Of a stretch of 64,000 nt of DNA, positions 56,624-64,000 are shown one piece after another (position 1 is the first letter of the stretch; each line of letters starts with the position of its first letter). Location: the NCBI GenBank assembly GCA_951406725.2, contig OX597824.1, positions 93,930,001-93,994,000 on the forward strand, read 5' to 3'. The position numbers and the translations under genes were made by a program. The DNA is from Octopus vulgaris. Its lineage: Eukaryota. The notes beneath the pieces were generated by a model. The model was not told where the DNA came from and ran no database searches. It saw only the letters and a program-made list of their open reading frames with translations.

Positions 56624-56924
56624 GTTTGTTCCTTCTCGAACCATGCCTGGCTCATAAAGGCCGGTTTCCTGGTTTCCTTGGCGTATAGGTTCCCCACCTG
56701 GACGGGACGCCAGTCCGTCGCTGGTGAGCTGCAAGATGCAGGAAGAAAGAGTGAGAGGAAGTTGTGGCGAAAGAGTCAGCAGAAGTTCGCTATTACCTTC
56801 TGCCGGAGCCGCGTGGAGCTTAGGTGTTTCGGTCATAAAACTCAAACATTGCCCGGTCTGAGATTCGAACCCGCGATCCCTCGACCACGTGTTCGCTGCT
56901 CTAACCACTAGGTTATGTACCTCC
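56624..56924 (-). mobile_element. SINE family D-related (tail type 3)
   Basis: tRNA head (tagtggttagagcagcg...ggttcgaatc on the minus strand), shared body, distinct tail gcgacggactggcgtcccgtccagg... Confidence 0.8.
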
Positions 56925-57204
56925 ACCCTCCCAGCAATTAATATTCTTAAAAGAATAAACGAGGAAGGAATAAAGGGAAGTAAATGTCACGGAGTTACGC
57001 GTATGCATACACACACACACACACACACGTAGTCACACACGTTTCCATATACAAATACATGGGCACACACACGCACGAACACATACTCAGTCATGTGCAC
57101 ACAGATGCACACACACATACACATGCACACACGCACAGACAACTATGCTCGTACATTAGCACGCACACACTTGTAACCACATAATGAGACATTGCACTTA
57201 TTGA

Positions 57205-57270
<66 letters not shown>

Positions 57271-57749
57271 CTTAGGGTTTATCCACATTACAGAAATAGA
57301 ATTGAGTATATAAAACGGTGCCTTTATATTATTTTATGAATACTAACAAACATTTTCCACGATGTAAATGTGGTACAGATCTATCATAGAATTTCTGAAG
57401 AAATCAGCTGCCAAACAAATTAAAAACCGGAAATTAGGAAACTAAAATGGAGTTCAAAAAGGACTGATAAATTATGAATAAATGGCGGACAGAAAAGTCG
57501 AAGCCGCATTCATTTGGAGTAGAATGTTGCATAGTATCGAATGGATAGATTCACTAGAGCGTCCGTTAAAAGGAGTTGTGATAATTACTCAAGCTCTCAA
57601 TGCGGTGATCTTCAGTTCATTTCTTTCACGTTCGTTGTTTTGATGTTGCTAACTAAATATTCTTTTCTGCTCTAGGTACAAGGCCCGAAATTTTGGGGGA
57701 AGAGGCCAATAGATCATAACCCAACTTCCCAGATCATAACCCAACTTAG

Positions 57750-58303
<554 letters not shown>

Positions 58304-59225
58304 AAGGCAGCGAGCTGACAGAATTATTTTCACGCCTGATAAAAATGCTTAGTGGCATTTCTTTCGCCAATTGCTAAAAATACCAACCAAACCTTTCTCT
58401 CAAATACTCTATAATGTCTTATAAAATGAAGGCAACGTTGTCTAATTTACTCCTAGACACACAAAATCATAGTTTCCTCCAACACATCAATTATAAAATT
58501 ATAAAGCCTCTATGTGTTCGTTCCATTTTCTAAAAATAGCAGCCAATTCTCTTTCTCAAATATACTACAATGTTTCGTAAAATCAAGGCAGCATGCACTA
58601 ATTTAATCCTAGATACACAAGAAGAGGACATGGTCATGGCTGGAACTACTTTGATCACTGTACAGTTCAGTAAGGACTGACCTTGGGTCAAGTAATTGCT
58701 ATAATTTGCTACTGCTATTAGTTCTCTCACCCCATCTTTCTTCTCCATCTCTATTTCAATTACAACCAAAAGCTCCATTACCACAGTAGTTTCCTACTGC
58801 CACCTGCACTACAGCGTCGCACCACCACTTCCATATTGACTAACACTGCCATCACCTAAACTACCAGATTCAATAAAAGCACGCCGCTAGTATGAACCTC
58901 TCGCTAAAAATAAAGCAACCCAAAGCATCACCGCCGCCAACTCACATCACATGAAAAACTGTTTTGTAAACATTAGGAAAAAATTGGAAAAATAATAAAA
59001 TATATATAATTATTTTCAAAGTTGGGGTTAGAACCCAGAAATATATGTGAAAAAATGTGAAGGAAAAAAAAACGTTTTTAAAAATATAAGTTATTTGCAT
59101 GTAGATATATGAAGACAGAGAGATCGATATCTGTATTGGAGTTGTCGACTAATAAGAGTTGGTAAATCAAAGGATATTGTAATAAGTTCCTTACGCTGGA
59201 GATTGGATAATAACGGTTGAGGGTT

Positions 59226-59519
59226 AAGATGGCGGACGAGAGGGCGGTAGGGTAAAATGGCGGATGAAAGATCGGCGGAGTAAGATGGTGGATGAGAGGG
59301 TAGTGGAAGAAGATGGCGGGTGAGAGGGTGGTAGGGTAAAATGGCGGATGAGAGAACGGTGGAGTAAGATGGTGGATGAGAGGGTAGTGGAAGAAGATGG
59401 CGGATGAGAGGGTCGTAGGGTAAAATAGCAGATGAGAGGATGGTTGGGTAAAATGGTGGATGAGAGGATAGTGGAGTAAGATGGCGGATGAGAGGGTTGT
59501 AGGGTAAAATGGCGGATGA
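59226..59519. repeat. 28 bp minisatellite, about 10.5 units, with 84 bp (3-unit) higher-order period
   Basis: Each unit starts aa(g/a)atgg(c/t)gg; units 3, 6 and 9 carry atggtgg. Confidence 0.92.
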
Positions 59520-60481
59520 TTGTACTAATGTGCCGGTTGGTCCCACGGTACCAGATGATGATTTTAAACCGAGTGATGGATTTGATCAACCACACAAATT
59601 AACCATGCTGGAATTTGAACTCAGAATGCCATCAGTCGGAAATATTAAGGCAAGTCATCCAGTCTAAAGTTCTTGCATATCTGCTAATCCACCGGTCTGG
59701 ATTTACCGACCCCGAAAGAAAAAAAACTGCGATATCGACTTCAGCTAGACTTGAACACAGGTCATTCATAGTGTCGGAAGAAATCTATGCGATGCACTAA
59801 CGTTTCTGCCAGTTTGATATTTTTGTTTAACCACAGGTCTGCTTTGACCGGGTAGCGTATTGATCAAGAGGCTTTCCATACGTACCTATCAAGTCATTTC
59901 TTATATAGTTTAATTCAAATTATGCTGTCTTTCCTATTTTTTAATTGAAAACGTCAAGTTGAGATAAGTGGGAGATTTAACTGCTATGTCTAGCAGGTTC
60001 TGTGGTCAAATTGAGTCTCCCTGTTTATTAGAATGCCGATGGCAATAAAGACATATCGTTTTCAAATTTCTTTCGATTTCTTATATAAGTTACTGTTCAT
60101 ATTCATCATATACTGTCACTATTAATTGTTCCTGTCTTTGTTGTCTCTTCACTGCCTGCGCATATGTGTGTGTGCGTTAATAGGAAAGAAGGTATGTGTA
60201 GGTTCCCTGTATTATAATTAAAATTACTTTTGCCTGTTAGAAAAACTACGAATATATGGAAAAAAAATGTGTTTATATGTATTTAGGAGATGTGAGAGAA
60301 GCTAGGAAGAAGATACATAAATATACATATATGAATGTTGGCATAAATATGCGTGTATGTATATATATTTTTTTATGTGTGAGTATATGTGTACACATAT
60401 AGCTATGTATGTGTGTGTGTGGTTGTGCCTGCATACGAGCAGACATATATATACATATGTGTGTGAGTATGTTTGTGTATG

Positions 60482-60519
<38 letters not shown>

Positions 60520-60525
60520 CCTACA

Positions 60526-60695
<170 letters not shown>

Positions 60696-60704
60696 CTGAT
60701 ATAT

Positions 60705-60763
<59 letters not shown>

Positions 60764-60811
60764 TTTATAGCTATCATCTATCTATATGTATATAATTACA
60801 TCTAGCAACGT

Positions 60812-60849
<38 letters not shown>

Positions 60850-61487
60850 CTGTGTATGTGTGTGTATGTATGTATGTATGTATGCCCGGAAAACAAAGAA
60901 GTTCCTGGGAGCTGAATAAATATGAAACACACAAAGAGACAGTCTTCAGCCGGCAGATAAATAGAAATTATTTATACAGAGCTAAATCATCTACACCTGC
61001 AAGACGGACTATATAATCAAACAGGTGTAAATATTAACTTGAAATTTCAATACAGGTGACTCGTATCTAGGCGATCCACTGAGAAATACATCGACAAGCT
61101 TAGGTTTCATTTGGGCCAGGTGTAAATAGATGACAAGAGAAGAGATTGTGTCATGAACTTCATTGGTTTAACCTCTGTTTCTGCTATAAGATATTATGCA
61201 CTAATACGGGAGTGATTGTCTATTGCGTTGTAGCTTCGTCAGAGCATCGAAATTGAAGTGCAATTTTAATTGAGGGAGCATTTATATATATGTAAATGAT
61301 CACTGTTGAAAACATATAAAAATATATAAGATATGGAATATAGAATTTGAAAAAACAAAAGCCAGGCCAAGAAATATGTCAATTTACAGAATTTTGTGTC
61401 TACATTCACGGATACTGATAAGCGTACGATGAACCAATATATAAATGACTATTCATATGCATGCTTTAAAATATATATATACATATA

Positions 61488-61645
61488 CAACAGGCTTCTT
61501 TCAGTTTCCATCTATCAGATCCACTCACAAAGCTTTGGTCTGCCCAAGGTTATAGTAGAAAACATTTATTTGCCCAAGGTGCCATGCGGTGGGACTGAAC
61601 CTGGAACCACATGGTTAGGAAGCAAGCTTTTTACCACACAGTCAC
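61488..61645 (-). mobile_element. SINE family A, 5' half
   Basis: ggcttctttcagtttcc...gggactgaacctggaaccacatgg...ttaccacacag. Confidence 0.85.
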
Positions 61646-62285
61646 AATGCTAAAAATAAAATGCCAGGTTGAGTTAGAAGATTCAGCTAAAAATTTTTTT
61701 CTTTAAATGGAAAAGTTGATGTGACAAGAAGACAATTTTCATGGAAAGTAAAATTCCTAAACACGATCGTATGTGGGTTTTTTTTTTTTTTAAAGGTTTA
61801 GACCTGCAAAGTATATCCTTGTTCTTTTATCAATGTTCACTGTGATCTGCAAAACTGAACAACTAATATAAAATGTCAGATAGGAAATACGGTAAAAATA
61901 TACATACTCTCATGTATTGGCTTTCAACTTAGTAACACACAAGAGTGGGACAATGACTAACGATTCTGCCAGCTCGCCGCCTATGTGCTTTAAAATATAG
62001 ACAGAATATTCATGTTAATAGAAATCGCACAAGAGGCTGAACATCAAACACCAGCCAGGAAGAAGAAAAGTGGACACAAATGTGACAAAATCCAAGTTGC
62101 TTTTGTTTTTTCTGGCTGTTATCGTCATTTTGTGCCTAAGGCAATATTTAGTGGTAACAAAGATGGCGGCCAACCAAACTGGTCGGTTATCATTATTCTC
62201 CAGATTATCTCTAGACTACTTCGCCTGTAGCTCCCATTTCATTTCACTGCACACATGCGCACTTACATACATACTATATATATAT

Positions 62286-62340
<55 letters not shown>

Positions 62341-62453
62341 GTGTATGTGCGTGTATTTATGTATGTGTGTATCTACCCACAAGCATATTTATATTATATG
62401 CACATATGAATATATATATGTGTGCGTCTTTGTATACATATGTGTGTGTGTGA

Positions 62454-62507
<54 letters not shown>

Positions 62508-62584
62508 GTGTGTGTGTGTGTGCAGCAATGGCTCTCAACCATTTTTCATCTATGAAACCCATCTCACTTGTAGCGATGAGATAT

Positions 62585-62822
62585 GAGTTCGGCAATGTTG
62601 CGTGTAAACAAGCGCGCACTACACGTTGCGTGTAGACGAAGAGCGCGCACTACACGGCTATACTCGAAGCGTAACAGCCCAAAACAGACGGGGCCTACCA
62701 CTACATTTTCAAAGCAGGCACAGGAAGATAGCGTCACCTCACATCCAAAGGATTTTGTCCACGTGACAATAATTGTTTTTGCAGGAGAAAATAAAGCTGG
62801 ATAGTTTTTGAACCCACCTCGT
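62585..62822. mobile_element. Possible mariner-type transposon end
   Basis: Ends ...ttttgaacccacctcg, resembling the reverse complement of a cgagg-type mariner TIR; internal agcgcgcactacacg direct repeat. Confidence 0.4.
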
Positions 62823-62986
62823 GTATGTGTATGTATATATATATATGGACACTCTCACACGTGTCTCGAATGGGCTGGAGCATTTCTATTTTGGATGTAT
62901 TTGGGGTACTTAGTTGTGCTCACGACTTAGTGTTTTGCTTCTTCCATGGGTATGAGTAAGTATCTCATTTATTTCTTTGCCACATT

Positions 62987-63039
62987 TATCACTGACGAAG
63001 GGAGGGTTCTTACGAACTAACCCTGAAATTGGTCCGATA
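62987..63039 (+). ncRNA. Type-I hammerhead ribozyme motif, slightly decayed
   Basis: tatca-CUGACGA-aggg-ag-ggttc(ttac)gaact-aa-ccct-GAAA-ttgG-UC-cgata: 9 bp interrupted helix II, GUC triplet, helix I 4 bp after an A-C mismatch. Confidence 0.65.
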
Positions 63040-63831
63040 TGGTAATAATGGAATTTTTTAGAAATTTCTGTCGACCTTTTTTCGTATAGCGTGCGCATTG
63101 TAAAAAATTATATGGTTATGGACAATATGTACAATTTCGGCATATTTGGCATTAGAAATTTTTTCGTTTGCCCTTATTTATAAATTGTATATATATATAT
63201 ATATATATATATACGTTATGTGTTGTCTGTGCCCATTACATTAATTCTATATTATATATTGTATATTCTTTATGCATTTATTTTATACATATTTTTATCG
63301 GTAATTTTGATGCGGTTATATTTAACTCTTTTGGAATTTTTTCAGTAAAATTTAATTGATTTTATTAATGTATGGCTATGTAAGTATTGCATATACTTGT
63401 GTGTCTTTGTGTGTGTGTGTGTGTGTGTGTGTGAGGGAATAGGTGTAAATATTTCTATGCAAATGCTTGAATGTACATATGCAGACAAATTATGCAGATA
63501 AATTTGTCAATTGATATGTGCGGAAATATGTATGTGTATATATATATATATGTGTGTGTATATATGTATATATACATACACACACACATATATATAAGCC
63601 TGTATGTACGTATATATGTGTGTGTACACATGTGTATATGTGTGTGCCTGCGAGTGCGCCAGTATGTATGTCTATAGATTTGAGTTCAATTTATATATTT
63701 GTATATTTGTATATTTGTATACATATATCTGTATGTCATAAAACATGTTTGTATATCTCTATGCATGTGTGTATGCATATATATATGCATGAATACATAT
63801 ATATATATGTGAGTGTGTGTATATGTATGTA

Positions 63832-63904
<73 letters not shown>

Positions 63905-64000
63905 GTATATATGTGGTTTTGGGTGTATTGTAAGGATGTGTGTGTGTGCATTTGCATCAGGTGACGAAGTGGAATACCAAACGGGTATATAAAATGGCCA

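Noticed and set aside
59226-59519. CRISPR-like regular spacing
   Set aside because: Units are contiguous tandem repeats without unique spacers, in a eukaryotic context with no cas genes.
59091-59595. 151 aa and 123 aa repetitive ORFs
   Set aside because: Explained by the 28/84 bp minisatellite; open in more than one frame, with no evidence of coding constraint.

Overview
AT-rich, repeat-saturated eukaryotic non-coding DNA. The compound (TA/CA/TATG/AGAT/triplet) microsatellite load and the tRNA-headed SINE families suggest an octopus (coleoid cephalopod) intron or intergenic region; this assignment comes from sequence style, not from a search. No host protein-coding exon can be supported, and almost every ORF in the track is a translated microsatellite or SINE. 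The window holds about 40 copies of at least four tRNA-derived SINE families, mariner and pogo/Tigger-like DNA-transposon relics, and decayed LINE or Penelope-like coding remnants. The most interesting signal is a set of at least seven sequence-unrelated short elements carrying minimal type-I hammerhead ribozyme folds with palindromic helix III (best at 21515, 25618, 26089 and its mirror copy, 28446, 62987, 16388 and 17394). Many sit in or beside (TA)n tracts. Several are built as fold-back insertions: an inverted copy ending at a fixed point, then a direct copy with a 57-71 bp tail, once with a 12 bp TSD. These look like non-autonomous Penelope-type or retrozyme-like retroposons. Also notable are SINE head/tail swapping, SINE dimers inserted as one unit, and a 28 bp minisatellite that is an array of YY1-type motifs. 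All coordinates were read by eye; ends of decayed copies are approximate.
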